Assembly: GCA_963847705.1 (NCBI GenBank)
Contig: CAWKBC010000027.1
Span: 288,001 to 352,000, forward strand
Length of the DNA: 64,000 nt
From: an uncultured Pseudomonadota bacterium
GTDB lineage: Bacteria > Myxococcota_A > Polyangia > Fen-1088
Direction: 5' to 3'
The notes beneath the pieces are model-generated. The model saw nothing but the letters and a program-made list of their open reading frames with translations. It did no database searches and was not told the origin of the DNA. Positions 10,731 through 21,770 of the stretch are shown piece by piece; position 1 is the first letter of the stretch; each line of letters starts with the position of its first letter. The translations under genes and the position numbers were made by a program.

Positions 10731-10910
10731 TGCTGGCAGGTCTTCGGGCTCGCGAGCGTGAAGGAGTTACCCGACGCCTACTCTCCACCGCTTCCCAGCC
10801 CGAAGGGCCAGTGCGCGTCGTGGATTTCGTTCTCGCTTACCGCTGCGGGGCAGCCCCGGATTCCAACCGGGTTCCCTTTAGCTCGGGAGACATTCCCGAG
10901 CACCAGCATG
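10731..10910 (-). promoter_or_regulatory. Cobalamin (B12) riboswitch upstream of nrdAB
   Basis: Minus strand reads AAAGGGAACCCGGTTGGAATCCGGGGCTGCCCCGCAGCGGTAA...CACTGG...CTGGGAAG...GAGCCCGAAGACCTGCC, the conserved cobalamin elements and B12 box. Confidence 0.92.
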
Positions 10911-10940
10911 AACGCAACGTACTGCACTGTATCGTCACGG

Positions 10941-10988
10941 TCAATGGATATTGTGGTCTCAAGGTGCGTTACCTACCGCATATAGGGT
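10941..10988 (-). promoter_or_regulatory. Tandem NrdR boxes
   Basis: CCACAATATCCATTGA (10941-10956) and ACCCTATATGCGGTAG (10973-10988) resemble acaCwAtATaTwGtgt; 32 bp apart, upstream of nrdAB. Confidence 0.7.
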
Positions 10989-10989
10989 A

Positions 10990-11480
10990 CGGCTGGGCGA
11001 TACCGGCCCGCGGCGGCCGCTTGGCGAGAGTCCCCGCGAAGGTGCTCGGGGAGCGCCGGTGGGTCCGTTGCGACCTCGCGGCGGACCTCCGCCGGATTCT
11101 TGTCGGGCCGCAGACCCTGATACGAGGGGTGGCGGATGTGGCCGTGGTGCGTCCACTCCATGAAGGCCACCTCGCAGACCATGCGCTCTTCCAGCCAGAG
11201 TGCGTCCCGGACCCGGAAGCCGGTCGATAATCCCACCTCGAAGGGCGTGGTCGCGCGTTCGAGCTTCTCGAAGGCGGTCAGAGCTCGCGCGCGTCCCGCT
11301 GGAACCCGGTGCCGACCTTCCCGGCGAAGACCAGTCGACCCGCAGCGTCGTGGTGGCCGAGCCAGAGGGCGCCCAAGCCGCCGGTGGTCGAGCGCTCCTA
11401 CCCGCCCAGCACGAACTCCTGCCGGAGAACGCACTTCACCTTCTGCCAGGAGCTGTTCCGGGCGCCTGGGCGAAGACGTC
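10990..11480 (-). pseudogene. ligD: LigD-type ATP-dependent DNA ligase C-terminal (OB) remnant
   Basis: WQKVKCVLRQEFVLGG*...FAGKVGTGF, frameshift, then VCEVAFMEWTHHGHIRHPSYQGLRPDK; in-frame TAG, no N-terminus. Confidence 0.75.
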
Positions 11481-11599
11481 CGTCGCCGCCGTCTTTGCCG
11501 CTTGTCGGCCCGCGCGCCCGTCTTAGCTTCAGCGCCGATGACGATCACAGAACCTGGATGGCTGCTGCGCTGGACCGCTCTTGTCATCGCCGGCGCGAC

Positions 11600-11750
11600 C
11601 GGTGTCCCGGTCTTCGCCCTCGACCGTCAGCTCGACCTGCCGACCGGCACGAACAGAGACGAGGTGCTCTCCGCCCTGAAGGGACACGTGCTGGCGCGGG
11701 GCGAGCTCCTCGGCATCTTCAAACGGCCAGAGTCGCCCGCCCGCCCGTGA
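11600..11750 (+). pseudogene. YbhB/YbcL (PEBP) family C-terminal remnant
   Basis: VFALDRQLDLPTGTNRDEVLSALKGHVLARGELLGIF matches the PEBP C-terminus; the DPDAP and GPCPP motifs are missing. Confidence 0.6.
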
Positions 11751-14119
11751 GCTGCTGGTTCGGTGGCGCCGCCACGTTGGTGGCCGTCGCGCTGACGGCG
11801 GGGGAGGCGACGGCACAGGTGCCACCGGTCGCCCGCGCCGCGTCGCTGCGTCCGGAGGCGCCCACGGAGATCCTCTTTCACGCCGATCTCGACGGCCGCT
11901 TCGCGCCGGTTTGCGGCCAGCCGCCCACGGCGGTCGACTACGCCGGCCTGCTGGCCAGCATCGACGCGCGGCGGGCCGCCGCCCTGGCCAGCGACGCGCC
12001 CGCGCCCGTGGTCCTGCTGGGCGGAAACTGGGCGGGGCCCGATCCCCTGACCAACGAGATCCTCTCCGGCGGCGCGGCCGGCGCACGCACGCTGGCCGAC
12101 CTGCTCGGCCGCGGTCAGTACGACGCCATCGCCGTCGGACACCAGGAGCTGTCACTCGCTCCGGCGCTGTTCGACGAGCTCCTGCCGGCGCTGGCGCGCG
12201 CTGGCCGGCCGCTGGTCGCCAGCAACCTGACCTGCGACGCACGCCGGCCGGCCTGCGCCGCGATCAAACGCGAGCTCCTGGTGCGCCGTCCAGGCGCGGT
12301 GGTGGGCGTGCTGGCCGTCGTCTCGCCGTCCGTGATCACCGGAATCGCGCCCGGGCGCATGGCCGGGCTGGGCCTCGGCGATCCCGTGGCCGCCGTGCGG
12401 GAGGGGGTCAAGCGGCTGCGGGCGGCCGGCGCCACCCGGGTGGTCGTGCTGACCGACGGGCCGCGCGACACGCGCGCGCTCGAAGAGACCGACGCCCTCC
12501 AGCGCCATCTGGGCGCGCCGGACGCGCCCGATCTGTTGCTCGCGGCCGGCCTGGCCGACGAGGAGACCGGCCGCCCGATGCGGCTGCTCCGGCGGGAGGG
12601 AGCCCCGCCCGCGGTCGGCTCCGCGCTCGGCGCGGGCGCGCTCACGGTGGTCGAGCTCACCGGCGCCGACCTGTCCGCGGACGTCGTCCCGACGGTGCCG
12701 GGTGCGCGCGATCCCGAGCTCGAGCGGCTGACCGCCAGCGCCGCCGCCGTCACCTGCGCCCGCGCCGCGCAGCCGCTCGCCCCCGCCCCGGTCAAGGGGC
12801 CGCTCACCCGGGACGACTTTCGGAACTTCGTCCTCGAGGTGATGCGCCGCCGCGCCGGCGCCGAGATCGCCCTCATCAACGCGCCGTTCGTGAAACGGGC
12901 GCCGTTCCCGATCACCGGAACGCTGACCCGCGGCGATCTCGAGCGCGCGCTCCCTTACCGCGCGGTCATCGGGGCCGCGCGCGTGCCGGGACCGGTGGTC
13001 GAGTCGCTGCTCGGCCCCGCGCTCGGCAACGCCAAGCTGGCCGTGGTCGGCCTGGCCAAAGGCGCCGGCGGGCTCCAGGTCAACGGGCGGGCGCTCGACA
13101 AGGCGCGCGAGTACCGCGTCGCCACCATCGCCTTCGTCGCCGAGGGGGGCGACGGCATCTTCGCGCCGCGCGCGCTGCCCTTCGCGCCGCTCCCCGGTGC
13201 CCCGGACCTGCGCGATGCGGTGGCGGCCTTCTTCGCCCACGACACCGCCGCCGAGGACGGCGATCCGACGGTCAACGCCAAGACCGACTTCGGCCGACCG
13301 CCCGCCGACCGCCCGCTGCTGGTGGCGCTGGCCGACGGCGAGTTCGATCTCTCCAGCACGTCGATCTCCAACGGCCCGGCCTACGGCGATCCGCAGCTGA
13401 CGCGCGCCGAGCAGACCTTGCTCAAGGGGGAGGCGACGCTGGTGACGCAGCTGCGCCAGCCGGTCCACGAGGCGGACGGCCGTCTGGATCTGCAGTACGG
13501 CTGGTCGCGCAACAAGCCGCCCGGCATGCTGGAGGTGTCCGGCGAGACCGTCGATCTCATCACCGGCATCGTCAGTTACAGCTACAAGGGGCTGCACGAC
13601 TGGCGGCGCGTTCCGAGGCCCTTCATCCCCGATCCGTACGCGCGCGTCTGGCTGGAGTCCGAGTTCACCCGCCCCGAGGTGACGCCCACCCAGACCCGCA
13701 CCTATCATCACCTGCAGCTGACCAACACCGTCGGCGCGCAGTTCACGCTCACGCCGCGCCTCAGGCTGCGGGCCGGTGCCGGCGTCCAGAGCGAGCTGCT
13801 CGCGCCGCCCCCCTACGGCGGTTGGCACGGGGTCATCGAGGCGGGCGGGACGCTCGACCCGACCGCCATCGCCACGGTCGGCGCGCTGGCCATCAAGCTC
13901 GAGGGCCTGTTCGACTACGACTTCGTCGACCCGACCGGGACCCGGCAACACCAGCTGCGCGCCAGCGGCAAGCTGTCGGTTCCGCTGCTGCCGGCGCTGT
14001 TCTTGACCGTCGGTCTCGAGGTCTTCGCGGTGGAGCGGCAGGAGCTCGGCTGGGCCGCCTCCTACGACACGACGATCGGCCTGCGCCTCCACACCGACGT
14101 CGCGCACCAGGTGCTCTGA
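11747..14119 (+). CDS. Secreted 5'-nucleotidase-fold protein with degenerate metal site and probable C-terminal beta-barrel
   Basis: Signal peptide; calcineurin-like HADLDG, LLGGN, AVGHQE, LVASNL; 5_nucleotid_C-like EIALIN...YRVATIAFVAEGGDG; amphipathic beta-strands in the last ~280 aa. Confidence 0.75.
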   Translation: MSCWFGGAATLVAVALTAGEATAQVPPVARAASLRPEAPTEILFHADLDGRFAPVCGQPPTAVDYAGLLASIDARRAAALASDAPAPVVLLGGNWAGPDPLTNEILSGGAAGARTLADLLGRGQYDAIAVGHQELSLAPALFDELLPALARAGRPLVASNLTCDARRPACAAIKRELLVRRPGAVVGVLAVVSPSVITGIAPGRMAGLGLGDPVAAVREGVKRLRAAGATRVVVLTDGPRDTRALEETDALQRHLGAPDAPDLLLAAGLADEETGRPMRLLRREGAPPAVGSALGAGALTVVELTGADLSADVVPTVPGARDPELERLTASAAAVTCARAAQPLAPAPVKGPLTRDDFRNFVLEVMRRRAGAEIALINAPFVKRAPFPITGTLTRGDLERALPYRAVIGAARVPGPVVESLLGPALGNAKLAVVGLAKGAGGLQVNGRALDKAREYRVATIAFVAEGGDGIFAPRALPFAPLPGAPDLRDAVAAFFAHDTAAEDGDPTVNAKTDFGRPPADRPLLVALADGEFDLSSTSISNGPAYGDPQLTRAEQTLLKGEATLVTQLRQPVHEADGRLDLQYGWSRNKPPGMLEVSGETVDLITGIVSYSYKGLHDWRRVPRPFIPDPYARVWLESEFTRPEVTPTQTRTYHHLQLTNTVGAQFTLTPRLRLRAGAGVQSELLAPPPYGGWHGVIEAGGTLDPTAIATVGALAIKLEGLFDYDFVDPTGTRQHQLRASGKLSVPLLPALFLTVGLEVFAVERQELGWAASYDTTIGLRLHTDVAHQVL

Positions 14120-14281
14120 CTTCGCTCCCGCTGCAGCTGCGTCGTCGCCGCGCGCTCACAAGCGCGGTGGGATGCTTGCCTTCTTGCTGCTGGGAGCGCT
14201 CGTCCTCGCAAGACGGCGGCGACACCGGGGTTGGCGCTCTGACCGCCGCGGACCGACCCTGTTCGTCGGTGACGTGGAGGT

Positions 14282-14971
14282 TCACCACGCGCTGCATTGC
14301 AGATCGGGCCGGCAGGCGGCACCGTCCTTGGCCATCGTCGCCACCGGGGCCAGCGGGGACGAGGGCGGCGCCTGGCGCACGGCGCGCGCGATCGCCTCGC
14401 CGTGTCCGCCGGAACAAAGGAACGCCCATGCCAGGCTGGCGATCGAGCGGTTCGCCGTCGTGGCGAGCGTCTTCTCGGCCTCCGCGACCACCGCCGGGTC
14501 GTCGCGGCGATCTCTCCAGCGGGCATATCGCAGCACCGCCGCCCGCGCCTCCGCGTAATCGGGATCGACGTCGGTCGGCGCGCCCTCGACCCCGAAGAGC
14601 AGCATCGGCGCTCCGTTCGGTCGGCCGGCAAAGAGGATCGCCCGGAGGCGCCCGCGCTTTTCCGCCCGCCGCCACGTCCGGTCCGGCAGATAGAACTTGA
14701 GCGGCCGTGGCAGATCGACGGCCGGGTTCCCATAAAATATCGCCGTGATCCGGGCGCCCGCCATGGCGCGGTCCCGGACGCCGGTCGGGGAGCCGCCTTC
14801 GCTCGCCTTGGCGAGACTCAGCTCCACTTCGACCGCCAGGTCGGCACAGACGGCCTTGCGCCCGAGCGAATAAGCCGGCCCAGCCTGCGCGACCATCCCC
14901 TGCGTCATCACGACGGCCACCCCGACCGCCACCCCGACGAACAACGCCAGCCTTCGCATGCCCGGCATCAT
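14282..14971 (-). CDS. Hypothetical exported protein (candidate immunity protein)
   Basis: Signal peptide MRRLALFVGVAVGVAVV...AQA; start overlaps the upstream stop (ATGA). Confidence 0.6.
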   Translation of the reverse strand: MMPGMRRLALFVGVAVGVAVVMTQGMVAQAGPAYSLGRKAVCADLAVEVELSLAKASEGGSPTGVRDRAMAGARITAIFYGNPAVDLPRPLKFYLPDRTWRRAEKRGRLRAILFAGRPNGAPMLLFGVEGAPTDVDPDYAEARAAVLRYARWRDRRDDPAVVAEAEKTLATTANRSIASLAWAFLCSGGHGEAIARAVRQAPPSSPLAPVATMAKDGAACRPDLQCSAW

Positions 14972-15816
14972 CCTTTGATCGGGCCGCTCGTGTGAATGAG
15001 CCCGCGTGCCGGAAGCGGGGCTGTCAGTGGCCGCAACAGGTGAAACGTTTCGCCGTCGATTGTCAGGCCATTGGGGCCGATCTGGCCGGCTGCTCTCGAG
15101 GCGACCGAAACCAGCGATGCGGCGGTCGTCGTTCCTTCCGCCAGGCCTTGCTGGTGTGCCCCCAACGAGGTGATCGTTCGAACCTGCCCCGTCGCATCGC
15201 GGGCGACGTCGGTGACGATCTCGACGTGCCCGGATTCACCGCGGCGGTCGATGGAGACGAGATCACCTGGTCGCACATCGTTCAGGTTCGCGACGCTTTG
15301 AAATGAGGCCGGGCGCGCCGCCAGCGAGTTCGCCGAGGCGTAGTGGCCCACCGAGCTCAGAGGGAAAGAGAGACCCGCACGATTGAACGCCTCGCCGACG
15401 AAGACGTTGCACTTCCAAACTCCGGCTCCGGCGTAGGGGGTCGCCGTTCCGGCCAGCGACCAGGGCGACTTTCCCGCCGCGGCGGGGGGCTCCTCGGCGA
15501 GCATCTGTCGGGCCGACGCGGCCAGCTGACGACCCTCCCCCGCGGAAATCGGGGCCGGCGCGATCGCGGCGCGCTCGACGGCTGCCTGGACGGCGACCCC
15601 GGTGTCGGACGCGAGGTCTGACGTTCGACGGTCCAGGGCGTTGACCGCGTCATAGACGCGCGCCATGGCTGCGTCGCCTGAGACCGGGCCGTTGCTTCGG
15701 CCATCGCCGCTTCGAGCGAGGGCGTCGAGGTCCGGTCCGGCCCCGCCAGCCGTCGGCTCGAGCGTTGGATCATTGTCGAACGGCGCCTCGAATCGACTTC
15801 GTGAGATTGCGTCCAT
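14968..15816 (-). CDS. NlpC/P60-CHAP-like Cys/His amidase (candidate cell-wall effector)
   Basis: WKCNVFVGEAFNRAG...VRPGDLV...SGHVEIV papain-like dyad; no signal peptide. Confidence 0.65.
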   Translation of the reverse strand: MDAISRSRFEAPFDNDPTLEPTAGGAGPDLDALARSGDGRSNGPVSGDAAMARVYDAVNALDRRTSDLASDTGVAVQAAVERAAIAPAPISAGEGRQLAASARQMLAEEPPAAAGKSPWSLAGTATPYAGAGVWKCNVFVGEAFNRAGLSFPLSSVGHYASANSLAARPASFQSVANLNDVRPGDLVSIDRRGESGHVEIVTDVARDATGQVRTITSLGAHQQGLAEGTTTAASLVSVASRAAGQIGPNGLTIDGETFHLLRPLTAPLPARGLIHTSGPIKG

Positions 15817-15992
15817 GAGCCCGTTATCGCCAGACCCACGGGACGGTTGCGGCCCGGCTCATCACAGATCGGCCGAGAGTCGGTGCACGGACCCGCCAAC
15901 CCGCGACCCTCGCCGCCGCCACCTCCAATTTATAAGGAAGGGAGGGTCTTGCCGCAAGGGCCGGGTGGTGGCGCAGGATCGCCGACCGAACC

Positions 15993-17522
<1,530 letters not shown>

Positions 17523-17705
17523 GCCCGGACCCGCGCCGCGCCGGTGATCTCAGCAACGCGCGTCGGATGATGCGGGGCTGGCTCGTCGTGTCCGTGCTTG
17601 TGATCCGGTCCGACGAGGAGGTGTTCCCTTGCGGCGGAGGCACCTTGCTGCGAAGTTTGGTTGCGCGGTAGCTTCGATGTCGGCACTTCAGCAGGACGGG
17701 GAGTC

Positions 17706-18635
17706 GTGAACCTGGTCTCGGTGATCGCCCAGCAGGGCCTGTTGCTGGTGTTCGCCAACGTGCTTCTGCAGCAGCTCGGTGTTCCCATCCCCGCCGAGCC
17801 GACGCTGGTCGTCGCCGGCAGTCTGGCTGCGCGCGGACTCTTGCCGTTGCCCGGCCTGGTCGGGGTGACCTGGCTGGCGGTGCTGCTCGCCGACTCGACC
17901 TGGTACTGGTTGGGCCGTCGCTACGGCAATCAGGTTCTGCGGATCGTGTGCCGGCTGGCCCTCTCCCCGGACTCCTGCGTCCAGACCACCGAGCAGACCT
18001 TCGCCCGCTGGGGCCTGAAATCGCTGGCGGTGGCCAAGTTCATCCCTGGATTCTCGATGGTGGCGCCGCCCCTGGCGGGCGCCATGCGGGTCAGGTGGTC
18101 CAGCTTCCTGTTGTTCGATCTGCTGGCGGCGGTGCTCTGGTCGTCGGTCGGGATTGGCGCCGGGCTGATCTTCTACCGGCAGGTCGATCGGGTGCTCGCC
18201 GCTCTGGCCGGCCTCGGCGGGTGGGCGCCGGTGGTCGGCGCGATCCTGCTGGCCGCCTTCGTGGCCGCGAAATGGGTTCAGCGGCGGCGCTTCTATCGCA
18301 CCCTGCGCATGGCCCGCATCTCGGTCGGCGAGCTCAAACGTCTCATCGACGCCGGCGCCAACCCCGTGGTGTTCGACGTTCGCACGGCGACCGCCCGCGA
18401 GCGCGAGCCTCAGCGGATCCCGGGCGCCGTCGCCTTCGATCTGTCCCAGGTGGACGCCGTCGTGGCCGAGCTGCCCGAGGAGCGCGAGGTCATCCTTTAT
18501 TGCAATTGCCCCAGCGAGGCGTCGGCGGCACGCATCGCGCGCCGGCTGATGGATCGCGGCGTCCGATCAGTCCGGCCGCTGGCGGGCGGCCTGCAAGCCT
18601 GGATCGACGCCGGGTTCAAGGCGGATACGGGGTGA
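17706..18635 (+). CDS. DedA (SNARE-associated) plus rhodanese fusion
   Basis: GVPIPAEP, KFIPG; C-terminal DVR...RIPGA...LYCNCP..LAGGLQAW. Confidence 0.88.
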   Translation: MNLVSVIAQQGLLLVFANVLLQQLGVPIPAEPTLVVAGSLAARGLLPLPGLVGVTWLAVLLADSTWYWLGRRYGNQVLRIVCRLALSPDSCVQTTEQTFARWGLKSLAVAKFIPGFSMVAPPLAGAMRVRWSSFLLFDLLAAVLWSSVGIGAGLIFYRQVDRVLAALAGLGGWAPVVGAILLAAFVAAKWVQRRRFYRTLRMARISVGELKRLIDAGANPVVFDVRTATAREREPQRIPGAVAFDLSQVDAVVAELPEEREVILYCNCPSEASAARIARRLMDRGVRSVRPLAGGLQAWIDAGFKADTG

Positions 18636-18707
18636 GGCTCGCCTCCCGATGGTCCGTCTATCGACCGTGGAAGATGGGCGGCAGAGGGATATCGACCACC
18701 TGGCTCA

Positions 18708-20438
18708 TCAGCGCCACAGGTTCGTCCTGGCGAGATCGAGCACCTCGTCCCCTCGTCCGCTGATGACCGCCTTGGCCATGAAGAGCGTGAACCCCTTGGC
18801 TTGCTCGAGCGTGATGGTGGGCGGCATGGCCAGCTCCTGCCGGTTCACGACGACGTCGAGCAGGGCGGGGCCATCGTGCGCCAGCAACCCCCGCACGGCG
18901 TCCGGGAGCTCTCCCGGATCCTCGACCCGAACGCCATGGAGCCCGATGGCGCGCGCCATCTGGGCAAAATCGGGGTTGTCGAGGGTGGTTCCGCTGGTGA
19001 GAAGACCGGCTGCCTTCATCTCCAGCTCGACGAAGCCGAGCGCGCCATTGTTGTAGACCACGATCTTCACCGGGAGCTGGCGCTGTCGAATGGTGAGCAG
19101 GTCGCCCATCAACATGGAGAACCCGCCGTCGCCGGAGAGAGAGATCACCTGGCGCCCCGGGAGCGTCAGCTGCGCCCCGATCGCCTGCGGCATGGCGTTC
19201 GCCATCGACCCGTGGTTGAACGATCCGAGGAGGCGCCGCTTTCCATTCATCGTGAGGTAGCGCGCCGCCCACAGCGTGGGAGAGCCCACGTCGCAGGTGA
19301 AGACGGCGTCGGGCGACGCCAGCCCGTCGATGACGCGCGTGAGGTACTGGGGGTGAATGGGCTTGCGTCCGGGAACGCCGGTGGCGAGGTCGTCGAGCGA
19401 CTTGCGCGCCTTCGCGTAGTGCGCGACGGCGTGGTCGAGGTGGGCCGTATCGGTCTTCTTCTTCAGCAATGGCAGGAGCGCCGCCAGCGTCTCCTTGACG
19501 CCGCCCACCAGGCCGAGGTCGAGACGACCGCGCCGTCCCAGGTTTTCCCCCCGGATGTCGATCTGCGCGACGACCGCCTTTTCTGGATAGAACTGCGTGT
19601 ACGGAAAGTCGCTCCCCAGCACCAGGAGGACGTCGCAGTCCATGACCGCGTAGTAGCCGGAGGCGAAGCCGAGCAGGCCCGTCATGCCCACGTCGAAGGG
19701 GTTGTCGTATTCGACGTGCTCCTTGCCGCGGAGCGCGTGGACGATGGGCGCTTGCAGCGCCCGCGCGATCGCGATGAGCTCGGCGTGCGCTCCGGCGCAG
19801 CCCGCTCCGGCCAGGATGGTCACCTTCTTCCCCTTGTCGAGCAGCGCCGCGAGCCGGGCGAGCTGGGGCCCCGGGGGTCGCACCTCCGGCTGGTCCTCCG
19901 GCGGGGCCAGCACGAACGGGTGCGTCTCCGGCGCTTCGCGGAGCGCGACGTCGCCTGGCAAGGAAATGACCGAGACTCCCCGGTTGGCCACGGCGCTGCG
20001 GATCGCGAGCTCGAGCACGCGCGGCATCTGGCTGGCGTGGTCGATCGGCTCGCAATAGTGACTGCAGTCCTTGAAGAGGATGTCGGGCCGGGTCTCCTGG
20101 AAGTAGTTGCTGCCGCGCTCCCGACTGGGGATCTGCGCCGCGATGGCCAGCACGGGGACGCGGCTGCGGTGACAGTCGTAAAGCCCGTTGATGAGGTGCA
20201 GGTTGCCGGGACCGCAGCTCCCCGCGCAGACCGCCAGCTGGCCCGTGAGGTGCGCCTCCGCCCCCGCCGCGAAGGCCGCGACCTCCTCGTGCCGCACACC
20301 GATCCACGCGATCTGCTCCTGTTTGCGGAGGCATTCGGTCATGCCGTTGAGGGAGTCGCCCACCACGCCATAGATGCGCTTCACCCCCGCCCTGACCAGC
20401 GTATCGACCAAGACCTTCGCCACGTTCGACCGTGCCAT
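18708..20438 (-). CDS. poxB: Ubiquinone-dependent pyruvate dehydrogenase
   Basis: [30 protein letters not shown] motif [10 protein letters not shown]...NN. Confidence 0.92.
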   Translation of the reverse strand: MARSNVAKVLVDTLVRAGVKRIYGVVGDSLNGMTECLRKQEQIAWIGVRHEEVAAFAAGAEAHLTGQLAVCAGSCGPGNLHLINGLYDCHRSRVPVLAIAAQIPSRERGSNYFQETRPDILFKDCSHYCEPIDHASQMPRVLELAIRSAVANRGVSVISLPGDVALREAPETHPFVLAPPEDQPEVRPPGPQLARLAALLDKGKKVTILAGAGCAGAHAELIAIARALQAPIVHALRGKEHVEYDNPFDVGMTGLLGFASGYYAVMDCDVLLVLGSDFPYTQFYPEKAVVAQIDIRGENLGRRGRLDLGLVGGVKETLAALLPLLKKKTDTAHLDHAVAHYAKARKSLDDLATGVPGRKPIHPQYLTRVIDGLASPDAVFTCDVGSPTLWAARYLTMNGKRRLLGSFNHGSMANAMPQAIGAQLTLPGRQVISLSGDGGFSMLMGDLLTIRQRQLPVKIVVYNNGALGFVELEMKAAGLLTSGTTLDNPDFAQMARAIGLHGVRVEDPGELPDAVRGLLAHDGPALLDVVVNRQELAMPPTITLEQAKGFTLFMAKAVISGRGDEVLDLARTNLWR

Positions 20439-20531
20439 GAGTCCTCCCCCGCCCGTGAGTGCCGGTGGCCGATAACCTACTGCCCCTTGGCCCACCTGCA
20501 ACGCCACTCGCGCAACTGACCACCCGGAGCG

Positions 20532-21008
20532 TCAGCGATCCGCGGAAGGGAGGGCGCGACCCGTGCGCGCCGCTCCGTATTCCCTGAGCGCGTAGCTTCT
20601 CTTGCCTTCGGCGAGGAGGCGGGCGCCGATGCGGCGGATCTCCTCCTCCCCCTGGCGCAAGGCCCGCGCGCTGGTGTGAACGGAGTAGCTGCCCAGGGCG
20701 AGCTCGTGTCGATGCGCAGGCGCCGAGCCGAGCACGAACACCGTGTCCCCTTCGGCGAGAAAGTCGATCGCCCCCTCGGAGGGCTCGAAGATCGCGATCT
20801 CCCCGCCGGGAATGGGCGTCGGGGTCCGGAGCACGCCGTCGTGCACCGCGACCCAGGCCACCTCGTGCCCCGCGGGAGGCTGGTATGACCACCGCTGGCC
20901 GAGGTCCGATGGGCTCATGAGCCGCGTGATGGGGCCGCCGGTGTCTCCCCGCGTGCGGTAGATGATCTTGCGCGCGGCTCGTCTGTTCTGAATCTGATTG
21001 GCCAACAT
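20532..21008 (-). pseudogene. Pirin-family gene with in-frame internal deletion
   Basis: N-term GPITRLMSPSDLGQ joins directly to C-term RWSYQPPAGHEVAWVAV; the Fe-binding HPH cupin is absent; 158 aa. Confidence 0.7.
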
Positions 21009-21023
21009 GACCTAACCCTCCTC

Positions 21024-21078
21024 GTTCGAGCTTGGTTCGTGCTTGGTTCGAGCTTGGTTCGTGCTGTGTTCGTGCTTG
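21024..21078. repeat. Five tandem 11-bp repeats GTTCG(A/T)GCTTG
   Basis: gttcgagcttg gttcgtgcttg gttcgagcttg gttcgtgctgt gttcgtgcttg, between yceI and pirin. Confidence 0.9.
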
Positions 21079-21113
21079 GTCGGTGCCGCGTTCGTGGTTC
21101 CCGAGAGTTTCGT

Positions 21114-21671
21114 TCAGGCCGCCTGGGCGGCCGCCGTCTTGACCGCCTGCAGCTCGAGCTCGAGCTCGACGCGATCGCTCACCAGCACGCCGCCCGTCTC
21201 CAGCGCCTGGTTCCACTTCAGGCCGAAGTCCTTGCGATCGAGGGCGCCACGCGCGGTGAAGCCGACCCGCTCGTTGCCCCAGGGATCCTTGCCGCGGCCG
21301 CCGTACTCGACGTCGAGCGCGATCTCCCGGCTGACGTCGCGGATGGTCAGCTCTCCGCGCAGGCGGTAATGGTCGGTCCCAACCTTCTCGATTCCCGTGC
21401 CCCGAAACCGGATCTGGGGGAAGTGCTCCACGTCGAAGAAATCGGCCGACTTCAGGTGCTCGTCTCGCTGGGCCGTGCCGGTGTCGATGCTGGAGGCATC
21501 GATCGTCGCCTCCACCGTGGAGCGCGTGAGATCGCCCTCGTCGAGCGTGACGTGCCCGCTGAACTTGGCGAAGCGGCCTCGAACCTTCGAGACCACCATG
21601 TGGCGGACCGAGAAGTTGATGCCTGAGTGAACGGTGTCGAGGTTCCAGTTGTTCGTCGTCGTGGTCGTCAT
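21114..21671 (-). CDS. YceI family protein
   Basis: WNLDTVHSGINFSVRHMVVSKVRGRF, RDEHLKSADFFDV, DPWGNER. Confidence 0.92.
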   Translation of the reverse strand: MTTTTTNNWNLDTVHSGINFSVRHMVVSKVRGRFAKFSGHVTLDEGDLTRSTVEATIDASSIDTGTAQRDEHLKSADFFDVEHFPQIRFRGTGIEKVGTDHYRLRGELTIRDVSREIALDVEYGGRGKDPWGNERVGFTARGALDRKDFGLKWNQALETGGVLVSDRVELELELQAVKTAAAQAA

Positions 21672-21740
21672 GGCGTGTCCTCCTGCGCTCAGGAATACGA
21701 CCGTTCCGGTGCTGGGACTAGATGCGAAGATCTGGACTAT

Positions 21741-21760
21741 CTGTTCCATGTATAGAACAG
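21741..21760. promoter_or_regulatory. Probable LysR operator
   Basis: Inverted repeat CTGTTC-N8-GAACAG containing T-N11-A, between divergent yceI and lysR. Confidence 0.55.
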
Positions 21761-21770
21761 TGGAGCGACC

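Noticed and set aside
11396-11402. In-frame TAG in ligD as stop-codon recoding
   Set aside because: Accompanied by a frameshift and truncation, and TAG ends normal genes in this window
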